Of a stretch of DNA of 64,000 bases, positions 49,901 to 62,900 are shown in pieces. Both the position numbers and the translations under genes were made by a program. The DNA comes from Pecten maximus. Taxonomy: Eukaryota. A model generated the notes under the pieces. That model worked only from the letters and a program-made list of their open reading frames with translations. It was not told the origin of the DNA and searched no databases. The stretch spans positions 29,574,001 to 29,638,000 of the forward strand of contig NC_047018.1 in NCBI RefSeq assembly GCF_902652985.1, read 5' to 3'. Numbering within the stretch: position 1 is the first letter of the stretch; every line of letters begins with the position of its first letter.

Positions 49901-52900
49901 GTGGGAAGTCCGTGATAAAAGGGGAGCGTATACGATACAAGGATTAGGGTATTTTCAGGTACCTCAGACTAAGCACATCAGGTCTAATCGTTGTGATTTT
50001 TTTCAGATTTAGGAGATACTGTGAGCTGTAGCCATTCCCGTTCTCACGAGTACTTCACAGAGTCCATCAATTCTCCCTGTCCATTTACAGGCTATCCGTG
50101 TAGCTCCTATGTAAGACCAACTCAATTATTGTACATGTATTATCATGACAAATGCATAATCAACACAGTGTATTTATAATATCACCACCCATATAATTAC
50201 CGTAACATGTGCCCAGTCAAAATAGGCTTACTGGACACAAACTTATGTAATTCAGAATAAACCGTTCAATAACATTGATTTAAGGATAATTACATAAATT
50301 ATCGTTTGAGCCATAAAACTTCCACGCTTGAAATAGTTTAAATAATCATATATTGAAATATATTTGTGCACTTCGTACGCGGTCCTAACACTTAATTGAA
50401 GTAACTTCGAAAATGCTATCAAGAAATATACTGTTAAGTCTTCTTCACGCATTAGCATTATTAGATACCTCATGGTTCTGCCTTCCTTACAAAAGATTCA
50501 TATAGTGAAATGATTCTTTTGTCTGCTTCATTAAAAGACCATTTATTGAAATGGAAGGGTAGGTACATAGGTCTAAAGTGTTACTAAAGACCGGCACCCA
50601 CCCGTTTGTTCTTCCTCACACTACGGTGTCATAGCTGTTCTGCAGCGTTTTGTTTTAACGTGATATATATGTAAAGCATATATTTGATACACAAAGGACT
50701 CCAACAAGTAAGCTATCCATGGTAGTACACTCACTGGTAGATTGATTTGACAAATAAAAAGTATTTCATTTTTAGTTTACGTCTACTCAAGCAAAATGTC
50801 TTGAGGTAAATTTGACCACAAAAAATAATAACTTGAAATTGACCTGAAATTGACCTGAAAAATGAGGTCAATCTCGCATGAAGAAATTTTCAGGTCAATT
50901 TGAGGTCATTTTGACCTGAAAAAAATCTTCATTCAATTTGAGGTAAAATTTCATGTTGATTTCTGGTCAATTTCAGGTCAGATTTAGTTCAATTTCTTGA
51001 CATGAATTAACTAGTCTGCTCTTTTCATATCAATTTGACCTGAAAATATTTACCTGAAATTGACCTGACTTTGACCTGAATTGACATGAAGACATTTTGC
51101 CTGTGTAGACTGCTATATTTAATTACATTATACATATGTAGTTGGTAATGCTTTCGATTGGCGACCTTTTCTTCTCCGCGGTTACCACTTTGCGTATTTG
51201 ATCTCAACATTTCATTCGGAAAGCTATGTCTTGATTGGCTGGTTTAAACTTATACGAAACTAGCGCTCTATTACTAAATACCTATTTTTCAAGTATCCCT
51301 AAAGTTATTGTCGGTTTGCGCCTCGTAGATTATATAACAAGTTCTGATGATGGTAGACCTACAAACTACCCGTAGTCTCAAATCAAACTAAGGCTGTGAT
51401 CAGATCCTGAAAGAAAGACATAATGATATGTACGATTACTATACTAAATAATAATATTATTTATACATGTATGATATACACTATTACTATTATATCATCT
51501 ATTTTCATTATTATATTTTAGCGGTTGTTATTTTTAAGGGGCTCTGTTTTTCACTGTTTTCAAAGATATAGTAAAATTGCGAAATTATTAAGAACAGTGA
51601 AATCCGTTTCACCATTTTCGCAAAACAATGATAAGATGATAATATATATAATGATAAAGAAAAAGCATACATTTTGCTTTAAACATTCGGCAAATCGCGC
51701 AAATCTAAACCGTTACCTATAAAGCATTCACATGTATGCTTCTGAAAGTGATCATTTCTATTGAAGGATAACTTCCAGAAAGGTTTGTGTTTGAACTGCG
51801 CAGGAAGTGGTTGCGCACAGATGGGTTATTATGCCGACCAGTACCACGCCAGGGGCAAATTGTACTTGAACACGGAATCTAGCTCCCCGTATTGTGGTAA
51901 TTATTGAACACCGAACCTAGCTCCCAATATTGTATAGTAACTATTGAACACTGAGTCTAGCTCCCCGTATTGTGGTAACTATTGAACCATGAGTCTAGCT
52001 CCCCGTATTGTGGTAACTATTGAACCATGAGTCTAGCTCCCCGTATTGTGGTAACTATTGAACACCGAGTCTAGCTCCCCGTATTGTGGTAACTATTGAA
52101 CCCTGAGTCTAGCTCCCCGTATTGTGGTAACTATTGAACACCGAGTCTAGCTCCCCGTATTGTGGTAACTATTGAACACTGAGCATAGCTCCCCATATTG
52201 AAGTAATTATTGAACACCGAACCTAGCGCCCAATATTGTAGTAACTATTGAACAGAGACTAGCTCCCCGTATTGTAATAACTATTGAACACTGAGTATAG
52301 CTCCCCGTATTGTAGTAACTATTGAACACTGAGCATAGCTCCCCGTATTGTAGTAACTATTGAACACTGAGCATAGCTCCCCACACTGAGGTAACCATTG
52401 AACACCAAACCCTGCTTCCAATATTGTAATAACTATTGAACATAGTGTTTATAGACCCTCGCTTTGTATTGTTTATTGAACTCCGAGTCTGGCGATCTGT
52501 TGTTGCATGCAAATAAAAACCCGGGTCAGTTCATAACATTGGTGCTTGATTTACAGATACATGACTTCAGTTAAAACCAAACTTGAATATCTTTATATCG
52601 TATTTCTTTGATAATAACTATGACTATTGTTAAACACTGAAACAAGTATTTAATGAATATTTTAAAATATGTTTTTAAGGTTTCCAGTACAGTGTTGTAG
52701 TGGCATCTTCAGCAGACTCTTCAGGAACTGTGGCAGTGAAAATAAACGGTGATTGGGGTACTTCCGGTTGGCAAAGTGTCACAGAGTAAGTGGTAATAAA
52801 CGGCGAGTACGGTACTTCCGGTTTGTCGATTTGATAAGTGTCAGAGAGGCGATTGGGATACTTATGCTTGGCACAATGTCACAGAGTCAGGAAGTGTTAA

Positions 52901-54069
52901 TAAACGGGTACTGAGGTACTTCCGGTTGGTACAGTTCGACAGAGAAAGTGTTACTGCTATGGAGTAAGCCTTAAAACTATTTCTGATATAGAACACTAGA
53001 AGGGTACCCGGACACGAGGAACCAGAGTGGACTGGTGAAGTTTCTTTTCCGTTCAGCAACAAATTTTATATTCAGATGTCGGTATTCATAGTGTGTCTGT
53101 GTATTAACTGTTTCAGAACCATGCTTTGTTCTATCAATGCGGTTGAAGAATAGATTGAACAATGTTCCATTCATAGTACCTATGGAATGCTGGATTGGCA
53201 GGGGTATGGAGGTTTAGGGGTGCCCTTGAGTAGTAGGGGTATTGAGGTGGAGTGGAGCCCTGGAGTAGTAAACAAACGCTTATATTGTTTGTTTACATAT
53301 ATTAAGTTGAAAATAGCTCTAAAAACTTGTCCGATTTGATATTTATTCTCGTCCATCCCCATGCGACAGTTCACAATCTAGAGTTCGAGAATGCGGGAAT
53401 GAATATAACTGGAAGAAGATTCTTCACTTAAAACTTCCGATCCCCGCCTTCCTGGTGCTCATGTACAAAAATCATAATGTATACATCATATTCAGAATCT
53501 AACCATGATTCTACAGCAGTTCACTACTTGTATCCTCTAATCAGTAACAGACTATCATACATCACTTATAGACCTGATGTGGATCTGACTTCGGGTCACA
53601 ACCTACAGGCAGTTATCACATCGTCCGTGGAGGTTGGCCAGATACACAGTATAGACCTCCGCTACACCAAGAAGGCCTCAAATTTCTTAGGATTTTTCGG
53701 CGGGGAGGACTCGTGGTCTGCTCATTCTGTATCCGTCGCTTCCGGTGAATTGGGTGAAAGGTGAGTCACGTGATCTGTAAAATGTTGCTTCCTATTAAAA
53801 AGTTGTACCGTGGCGATATTCAGAAGTAAAAAATATGAGAAATCGTTTTATTATTTTATAGATATTACCTGACACCGATACTGATATACAAAGCTGTACG
53901 CCTGGAGTTTTATACATTTACACGAAAGAAAACACCGTGTACCCAATCACATGTAAAAGGTGTAAGATATCACAATTTTGTTTGCAGCTTCGAGTTCTGT
54001 GCCGTAAACCATGCCCTCCAGGACAGCATTCCCATCAATCTGAAGAGAAGAACAGCCCCGTCATGTTAA
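46964..54069 (+). CDS. pancreatic lipase-related protein (lipase B), 9 exons, about 497 aa
   Basis: Exons join in frame (1494 nt): signal [43 protein letters not shown] (Ser), GCDAAEP (Asp), [43 protein letters not shown] (His), PLAT domain, terminal C*; AATAAA directly after the stop. Confidence 0.93.
47301..47677 (+). CDS. lipase B exon 2
   Basis: SDHLHG...[11 protein letters not shown]...KTKFIIHGF...DELLKT|gtatgt. Confidence 0.93.
48058..48289 (+). CDS. lipase B exon 3 (nucleophile elbow GHSLG)
   Basis: [14 protein letters not shown]...[13 protein letters not shown]...GRIS; alternative in-frame start at 48022. Confidence 0.93.
48568..48807 (+). CDS. lipase B exon 4 (catalytic Asp, beta9 loop, lid start)
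   Basis: GCDAAEPDF...[10 protein letters not shown]...[16 protein letters not shown]. Confidence 0.93.
49555..49940. repeat. degenerate G-rich minisatellite in lipase B intron 4
   Basis: atacggggaatgtataaggtgtggggactgtatag and sub-units, repeated. Confidence 0.88.
50007..50110 (+). CDS. lipase B exon 5 (catalytic His)
   Basis: [34 protein letters not shown]. Confidence 0.93.
50781..51110. mobile_element. MITE with 22-bp TIRs and internal 11-bp TGACCT-containing repeats
   Basis: gtctactcaagcaaaatgtctt / aagacattttgcctgtgtagac; internal ttgacctgaaa units in both orientations; no clear TSD. Confidence 0.75.
51767..51896 (+). CDS. lipase B exon 6
   Basis: [43 protein letters not shown]. Confidence 0.93.
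51866..52495. repeat. 38-bp minisatellite, about 15-16 copies, made of the end of lipase B exon 6 plus its donor
   Basis: ttgaacaccgagtctagctccccgtattgtg|gtaacta; period 38 (51944, 51982, 52020...); first copy is coding. Confidence 0.95.
52680..52785 (+). CDS. lipase B exon 7 (PLAT)
   Basis: [34 protein letters not shown]. Confidence 0.88.
53572..53760 (+). CDS. lipase B exon 8 (PLAT)
   Basis: [33 protein letters not shown]...[10 protein letters not shown]. Confidence 0.88.
53988..54069 (+). CDS. lipase B terminal exon
   Basis: [26 protein letters not shown]. Confidence 0.88.
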
Positions 54070-55984
54070 TAATAAATAAAAGTCGGGGACTTTATAAATA
54101 ATACGATGGATTACAGCACTACTGTATGTGTGGTGCCGAGTTCCCCCTTTCTATAGAATCACACTTATCAAAGACATGTATTGTTCGCAAACGTATTTTG
54201 TACATGTTCCGCTTCAAGGTAGCCTCCGGAACTCTGTACTGACAGGAAGGATGTGTAAACAGTCGTGATTCTTTAATTGATTTTCTTCGAACATTATACG
54301 TCAGATACGGAAGCAGCGGGCTTTCCTTTGGGCGGGCGATCTACATCATTTAATTTGCAATGTTTTACGCTTGATAATACTTACATGATGTACGTAATCA
54401 TATGATTTTGTTTGTGTAATTCACAAAGAAGATATCCTCTGTTCCTGCTATCAAATCGTGTCATAAATGTCGTGGTGTTATGTGTTAGGACTATGCCAAT
54501 AAATTGCTTCATATATTTATACATTTTATTTCTAATTCAAAAATATCAATAAATTGATTTTTTTTTTTTCTATGTACACTGGTTGCAGAGCCCTTCTTAT
54601 CTTTATTACAATTATCATGGTACACGTCCCGGAGAAAATGTGGGAAGGAAACTGTAATGAAAGTCATTGTATTTGTTTAAAATATGTACATAAACAAAGA
54701 ACGTTTTGCGGTGTGGTTCGTCTCTCTGGAAAATCTTCGCTTTATAACTCATTTCACGTACTGTTTTAACAACCGATTGAAAGCCATTCTCACTTCTGGC
54801 GGAAACAACGTCGTGCTTTCTATAGTTACACCTGTTTCGTCACGTGACAATGATAAGATGTCATACCCGTGCACAGCACATAAGTCACGTGTTCCTAAAG
54901 CTATCGGTATACTTCTATACGATATTGACATTGTGGGGTAGTCACCCCTCCGTGCCTCTGGAGAATGTGTTGGACATGGAAATAGTCGGTGAATGATTAA
55001 TTCTACTAGCCTAAGCTGACAGATTTTGTCATTCGGCGTTTAAACTAAGTTATGATTATGCCACACATACTTAGAAATACGGTACGGTATGTCTGTTAGG
55101 GATTGTTTATCAGTATCTAAGGTGAAAAAGACGCAAAAAACAGTAACATTTCATCAGTACTTTTCACGGAAGAGGACATGGTGTTTTCTTTGGTTACCAG
55201 TTCTGAAAGGACACGGATGTCAAACGGAAAAGTATTTGATAATATTAAATGATTAACAGTAGTCCTCTTTTTTTCACGAGATTAAAATATTCTTTCAAGT
55301 AGATAGCAAGTATTGCGCTGCTTTCAGTTGGCATACATACTACTTTGAATGCCATCGTACAAAGGGTATGGACATAAGCGTTGAGAAACATTCATATACC
55401 TTTTTCTTGTTACACACACTCAAGTGTGTCAGAGAGTAATAAACATCTTGAATCTTGAATCTTCAGTAGTTTAAGGATTGCACAACGGAAGATAATATTT
55501 CTGTTTAATAAGGTAGTCATGTCATATTTTGTAAATAAATGTATTTAAATAAATATCAACAGAATGTTTTTGTTTGATGTTCCCTTGCTTCTGATTATAC
55601 AATCACACAGATAGCATCTACTCAAGGATTGTACTGTTCATGTTCACGCCACACGTACATGTCATGTATCCTCTCTGGAATCGCTGTTCCCGTCCAATCA
55701 AAACGTGTTAGGTCTCCTTCAGTACTTCCGGTTAGCCCAGAACCAATCGGATGTCATGCGATACCGAGTCTCCCTCTCAAAAATTCAGGTTAGCCAATTA
55801 CAGTAAATAAACCGACATGCTTTGTTTTCCTTTTTTTATTTCCGTATTAAGCTCCGGACGGAACCATTATACTGTGTATCCGTCACTTTTTCCGGATTGC
55901 ACTTCATAATAAAAGACCGAGAGAAGTGGTGCTCGTGTCCCGTGTCTCTTAGAACTTCCGGTTAACCTTTTGTGGTCTGCAGCT

Positions 55985-56200
55985 AGTTTTATCAATCTTT
56001 CTTAACTTAAGGAAAGTGTTTAACTTCAAAGTTTCCATAGTGAACAGCATTACAGAATTCAAGGAAGGTTTATTACCTAGATTTTCCGCTTAATTCTGTA
56101 ATGCTTTCCTATGTGAAGAATTTCCGCTTAATTCTGCAATGCTTTCCTATGGGACATTTTAAGTTAATGACATTCTTTAGTTAGAGAATATTGATGAAAC
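55985..56200. mobile_element. degenerate palindromic MITE
   Basis: about 80-bp imperfect IR agttttatcaat...tttccatagtgaacagcattacagaatt / aattctgcaatgctttcctatggga...attgatgaaact, with an internal 39-bp duplication. Confidence 0.65.
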
Positions 56201-56764
56201 TCATCGGGATCCAGATAGGTACGTCGCTGTCTAGATTGCTGGGTGTCATAATGCACCCTGTCTCCGTCATCTCTTACGAGAATGGGAGATAAATGGAGAC
56301 GAGTACCTTTTCCACGAGTGATGAATCCTTGACCGAAAGTGAAGGAATGTTGCTGGGTTTTTTTTGTTTTTTTGTTTGTTTTTTTTTTTTGTTTTTGGTC
56401 AGATTGGTATATTTCTACTAAATAAATTGCTCTCTCCAGAACGGATTGAGATTGCTCACCTCACTCCGTCTCGGATAGGACTTAGGGGTTGTGATTCGTT
56501 TGTTTTATGTCGCTTAGAGCCGTTATACAGTGAGAAGAGAGACAACTCTTATTATTAAAAATTACCTACAAACCATTTTGTCATAGGGACTTCGTACAAA
56601 TTCCTTTCCCACCGTCCATATATATATATAAACTATATACAACACACACACATAATTAAACCTTATAGGGTTGGAACATTTGTCCAGTCGCTGTGATTTT
56701 TAACTTATCGTTAAGATGCAGTAGTTTTGGATTTCCAAAAAAAGATGCTTACTATAATCCTCAT

Positions 56765-57166
56765 CGGAACTCCGACTGGATACAGTCGTCACCACCTCAA
56801 CAATACACACACCTGAACTCCGACTGGATACAGTCGTCACCACCTCAACAATACACACACCTGAACTCCGACTGGATACAGTCGTCACCACCTCAACAAT
56901 ACACACACCTGAACACCGACTGGATACAGACGTCACCACCTCAACAATACACACACCGGAACACCGACTGGATACAGACGTCACCACCTCAACAATACAC
57001 ACACCGGAACACCGACTGGATACAGTCGTCACCACCTCAACAATACACACACCTGAACTCCGACTGGATATGTCGTCACCACCTCAACAATACACACACC
57101 TGAACTCCGACTGGATACAGTCGTCACCACCTCAACAATACGCACACCTGAACTCCGACTGGATAC
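56765..57166. repeat. 48-bp minisatellite, about 8-9 copies
   Basis: gaactccgactggatacagtcgtcaccacctcaacaatacacacacct; one copy has a 2-nt deletion near 57070. Confidence 0.95.
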
Positions 57167-57958
57167 GTATTGGGGACAAACTGGATACTATAATATATAG
57201 ACACATAAAGTATCCAATGGCGGGGCGTCAGTATAGAGTCTGACAATTTTGTAGATCTGGATTCTGATACTCGCATGCACACCTATATGGTATTCAGATG
57301 AAATTTCTCAATTATGGTATCCGTAAAATATCATATCCTAATACACATCTGACACCTTGTTAGGCCAAGACAATATATAGAACCTGGTGCTATATATAGA
57401 TAGATGTCATTGTTCTTATTGTTCTGACAAATGTTCACTATACATTAAGCATCTTCGCTTACCAAGAGTTAGGATCAGTAACCCTTCACATTAGAGTATG
57501 GTATTGTCTAGCTCGAGTCCGCGACACGTGGTATGGGGTATGGATTGGGTATGGGAGGGCACTACAAGGTATAACACCAATTTTCTACTTCATTAGGCAC
57601 CCCCTGCATCAAAATGGTTGCCTTGCAGACAAACCAAACACAATTTTATTCAAGAGATCCCTGTATGCATCATTATTCGTTTCACGTGCTCTCAACTGAC
57701 CACTTTCCTTCGAAATGACCCCTGTTACAGTCCAACGTGCTGTTACACTGTGTACCGAGTCTTAGTTATTAGGAATAGTGATAAACACACGTTCTTTATA
57801 TTCTTTTAAATTATCCAGTCTCCAAAAATTGCAAAACTCATTAAACCATTGTAAATTAGGGCCCGTTTTATCTTCCCTTCAGGATCTCTGTGTCTCTGGA
57901 TCACTGATGGGTCCAACAATCTATGATGTGGGTTTGTATTTATTTACAGGAACACTAC

Positions 57959-58854
57959 TGTAAGTGTGCATCACTAGAATCGGTTGTCAATCAAGCATTT
58001 AGTAGTCATTTAACTGTTAATTGTGTATATAATTTGTTATGCATTTTATTAGCCTTGGCTCGTGGGCAGAGTTAGGAGTTAGTCTGTGACATAACTTGTC
58101 AGGGAGGTCGGATGAGCTGACCTCTGGGTTAATTTATCTAAAGTTATCCTTATCAGCAGCCTTTTAGTGCAGCATGATTCTGCCAAAGGGGACACATTTA
58201 GTCTAGGGAGTTGGAGAGAACGGTTAGTCAATAGTCCTAAGGAGTTTGGAGTCGGACAATAAAGAGGCGGTCTGCAGTTCGGAGTATTTAGGAATTTTAG
58301 AGTAGAGAACAGAAGTGAGGAGACTTGAGATTTTAGAATCGAGAAGATAGGCCAGAGATTTGATAGAATAGTTATTTTTAGTTGTGATGGTTAGTGTGAA
58401 CTGTGTGTATACTAGTTTCAAAGTTTGAAGAGTTCCACTGAACATTATATAGATGTACAAGTAGTAACAAAGTTATAGGGAAAGATTGGAGACTTGTGTT
58501 GAGTAAGTGTATATTACTTGATAAATTACATGAGTTATGATGTTGTAAGTAAAATGTAAATATAATTCTACATAACTTGTTGTTCATTTAATTTTGAACT
58601 GGTGTCAGCAGTTAAATACAATGGTGATATGTAATATACATGTAACACCGGTACCAGCAGTGAGATTGTGAGATACAAAACCATAATACAAGGAAAGAAC
58701 TGTAGATTTGACAAACCCGGTCCACAATAATTGAACACTTGTAATAAAGTTTGAAATGTATACTGGAACTAGAGTTTATGTAAATATTTGACAAACTGTG
58801 AGGTTCGGCCGACAGCACGTTCTAAGAGAACACTATTAGTCGTAGATTATTACA
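57959..58854 (+). mobile_element. possible solo LTR
   Basis: TGT...ACA-bounded, purine-rich segment with AATAAA near the 3' end; no convincing TSD, so boundaries are uncertain. Confidence 0.3.
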
Positions 58855-59481
58855 AACCAAAACATTGAGAGATCACGAAGGCAGACTAGCTGAATACTAC
58901 AATTTTAGTTTCGTTTTACAGAGGTTAGAACATGTGACCTAAGATAGTGTAAATTCACAGCCAGTGAACACTTCACTGCATATAAAATGGTTACCGTGGC
59001 TAAATAGCACACAATAAAACTTCAAGGTTGTTAGATATACCGGGTATGACATACATGCTTATCACGAAATGAGGTCGGAGAGGCAGGTAAACACGGATCC
59101 CGGAAGTTGTATACAGTTAGATGACATTATAAATTAGAATAGCTCATGCGTTCTAAGCGAAGTTTGATCTTATTGAAGGAGAGGAAAAGCCACGGGGAAC
59201 AAGTGTGTAGTTTTGCGCTCACGTACGGGGCACATTCTTGTGGCATTTTCTCGACACTTATACTGTAGACGGGCACTGCAGGAGCATTGACGGATTAACT
59301 GGGGGGATTCAGACTAGAATCCTGCTCCCCATCTCCAGCCATGGAACAGACATTCCCGGAAGTTTGCCACAGGTCGAAGGTTACCTTAATATCAGTTTTA
59401 GATATGATACTGTAATTGAAACACGCGTAGTGTATTTACACTTGGTGTCTTGTTTTATCACTGATTGGCTCAGCGTAATGA

Positions 59482-59613
59482 TGTGTGCAGCTTTCACCAA
59501 CAACTTCTGTCAAGTTGTTTAAGTCGGGGAGGTGTGCAGCTTCACCACCAACTTCTGTCAAGTTGTCGAAGTCGGGGATCTGTCAAGTTGTCTAAGTCTG
59601 GGAGCGTGTGCAG
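59482..59613. repeat. about 49-bp tandem repeat, about 2.5 copies
   Basis: gtgtgcagcttcaccaccaacttctgtcaagttgt..aagtcgggga. Confidence 0.8.
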
Positions 59614-59929
59614 TTTTAATACTTTCGTAAGGATGGAGGTGAGTTCTTTAGCTGTAGGCAATATGTTTATAACGTAAATACACGTTAAAAATCAAGATAC
59701 AGTGTGAAACTTAAGTGTGTGGTGTTTCTATATATAAGACAAGTAAAACCAAGTGATGATCACAATTTATTTTTCTGTATCCTGACTGCTATATAACATA
59801 ACATGAAAGGCTTGATATATAGGGATATATAGGTATCTCAAAAGGTACATATATAAAGTAAGTATATATAAAGTAAGTATATATATAGGATGTATATATA
59901 TAGGATGTATTTAAAAGGTTGACATCACT

Positions 59930-62900
59930 ATGCTGTATATATAAGGTGGATATCTATATAGGATGTATATAAGGTGGATATCTATATATGATGTATATAA
60001 TGTGGATATCTATATAGGATGTATATAATGTGGATTTCATATAGGTTGTATATAAGGTGGATATCTATATGGGTTGTATATAAGGTGGATATCTATATAG
60101 GATGTATATAAAGTGGGTATCTATATAGGATGTATATATCAGGTGGATATCTATATAGGATGTATATAAGGTGGATATCTATATAGGATGTATATAATGT
60201 GGATTTCATATAGGTTGTATATCAGGTGGATATCTATATGGGTTGTATATAAGGTGTATATCTATATAGGATGTATATAAGGTGGATATCTATATAGGAT
60301 TATATAATGTGGATATCTATATGGGTTGTATATAAGGTGGATATCTATATAGGATGTATATAATGTGGATTTCATATAGGTTGTATATAAGGTGGATATC
60401 TATATGGGTTGTATATAAGGTGGATATCTATATAGGATGTATATAAGGTGGATATCTATATAGGATTTAGATATCATGTGGATATCTGTATAGGTTGTAT
60501 ATAAGGTGGATATCTATATAGGATGTATATCAGGTGGATATCTATATAGGATGTATATCAGGTGGATATCTATATAGGATGTATATATAAGGTGGATATA
60601 TATATAGGTTGTATATAAGGTGGATATCTATATAGGTTGTATATAAGGTGGATATCTATATAGGTTGTATATAAGGTGGATATCTATATAGGTTGTATAT
60701 AAGGTGGATATCTATATAGGTTGTATATAAGGTGGATATCATATACGTTGTATATAAGGTGGATATCTATATAGGATGTAGATGTAAGGTGGATATCTAT
60801 ATAGGATTTAGATGTAAGGTGGATATCTATATAGGATGTAGATATAAGGTGGATATCTATATAGGATTTAGATATAAGGTGGATATCTATATAGGTTGTA
60901 TATAAGGTGGATATCTATATAGGATGTAGATATAAGGTGGATATCTGTATAGGTTGTATATAAGGTGGATATCTGTATATATTGTATATAAGGTGGATAT
61001 CTATATAGGATGAATATAAGGTGGATATTTATATAGGATGTAGATATAAGGTGGATATCTATATAGGTTGTATATAAGATGGATATCTACATAGGTTGTA
61101 TATAAGATGGATATCTATATAGGTTGTATATAAGGTGGATATCTATATAGGTTGTAAATATAAGGTGGATATCTAAATAGTATGTAGATATAAGGTGGAT
61201 ATCTATATAGGTTGTATATAAGGTCTATATCTATATTGGTTGTATATATGAGGTGGATATCTATATAGGTTGTATATAAGGTGGATATCTATATAGGCTG
61301 TATATAAGGTGGATATCTATATAGGCTGTATATAAGGTGGATATCTATATAGGCTGCATATAAGGTGGATATCTATATTGGATATAGATATAAAGTGGAT
61401 ATCTATATAGGTTGTATATGAGGTGGATATCTATATAGGTTGTATATAAGGTGGATATCTATATAGGTTGTATATAAGGTGGATATCTATATAGGTTGTA
61501 TATAAGGTGGATATCTATATAGGTTGTATATAAGGTGGATATCTATATAGGATGTAGATATAAGGTGGATATCTATATAAGTTGTATATATAAGGTGGAT
61601 ATCTATATATATTGTATATAAGGTGGATATCTATATAGGATGTAGATATAAGGTGGATATCTATATAGGTTGTACATAAGGTGGATATCTATATAGGATG
61701 TATATAAGGTGGATATCTATATAGAATGTAGATATAAGGTGGATATATATATAGAATGTATATATCTATATATATTGTATATAAGGTGGATATCTATATA
61801 TATTGTATATAAGGTGGATATCTATATAGGATGTAGATATAAGGTGGATATCTGTATAGGATGTAGATATCAGGTCTATATCTATATTGGTTGTATATAT
61901 AAGGTGGATATCAATATATTATGTATATATAAGGTGGATATTTGTTTATGATATATATATATATAAGGTTGATATCTCTATAGGATGTATATATAAGCTG
62001 GATATCTATATAGGATGTTAATATAAGCTGGATATCTATATAGGATGAAGATATAAGGTGGATATCTTTGTAGGATTATATATTAGGTGGATATCTATAT
62101 GGGTTGTGTATAAAGTGGATATCTATATAGGATGTAGATAAGGAGGGTATCTATATAGGATGTAGATATAAAATGGATATCTTTATACATCAATATAAGG
62201 TGGATATCTATAAACATCATATATAGAGTTGATATATGTATATATTGTATAAATAATGTGGATGTATATATAAGGTGGTTATCTTTATCTGGTGTATATA
62301 AAATTAATATCTATATATAATATGGTACATAAAATGGGTATCTATACAGGATTTATATATAAGGTTGATGTATATAGGTTGTAAATATAAGGTGGATATC
62401 TATATAGGATGTAGATATCAGGTCTATATCTATATTGGTTGTATATATAAGGTGGATATCAATATATTATGCATATATAAGGTGGATATTTGTTTATGAT
62501 ATATATATATATAAGGTGGATATCTATATAGGATGTTAATATAAGCTGGATATCTATATAGGATGAAGATATAAGGTGGATATCTTTGTAGGATTATATA
62601 TTAGGTGGATATCTATATGGGTTGTATATAAAGTGGATATCTATATAGGTTGTATATAAGGTGGATATCTATATAGGTTGTATATAAGGTGGATATCTAT
62701 ATAGGCTGTATATAAGGTGGATATCTATATAGGATGTAGATGTAAGGTGGATATCTATATGGGTTGTATATAAAGTGGATATCTATATAGGTTGTATATA
62801 AAGTGGATATCTATATAGGTTGTATATAAGGTGGATATCTATATAGGTTGTATATAAGGTGGATATCTATATAGGCTGTATATAAGGTGGATATCTATAT

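Noticed and set aside
51866-52495. CRISPR-like regular repeats (also 30003-30470 and 63500-64000)
   Set aside because: Head-to-tail tandem units without unique spacers, no cas genes, eukaryotic context
56693-57103. ORFs with 16-aa repeats (LNSDWIQSSPPQQYTH and the antisense CIVEVVT)
   Set aside because: Artefact of a 48-bp minisatellite; the frame is broken by a 2-nt deletion, there is no ATG start or splice support, and the paralogous copy at 42.8 kb is non-coding
61709-61951. 80-aa repetitive ORF
   Set aside because: Translation of satellite DNA
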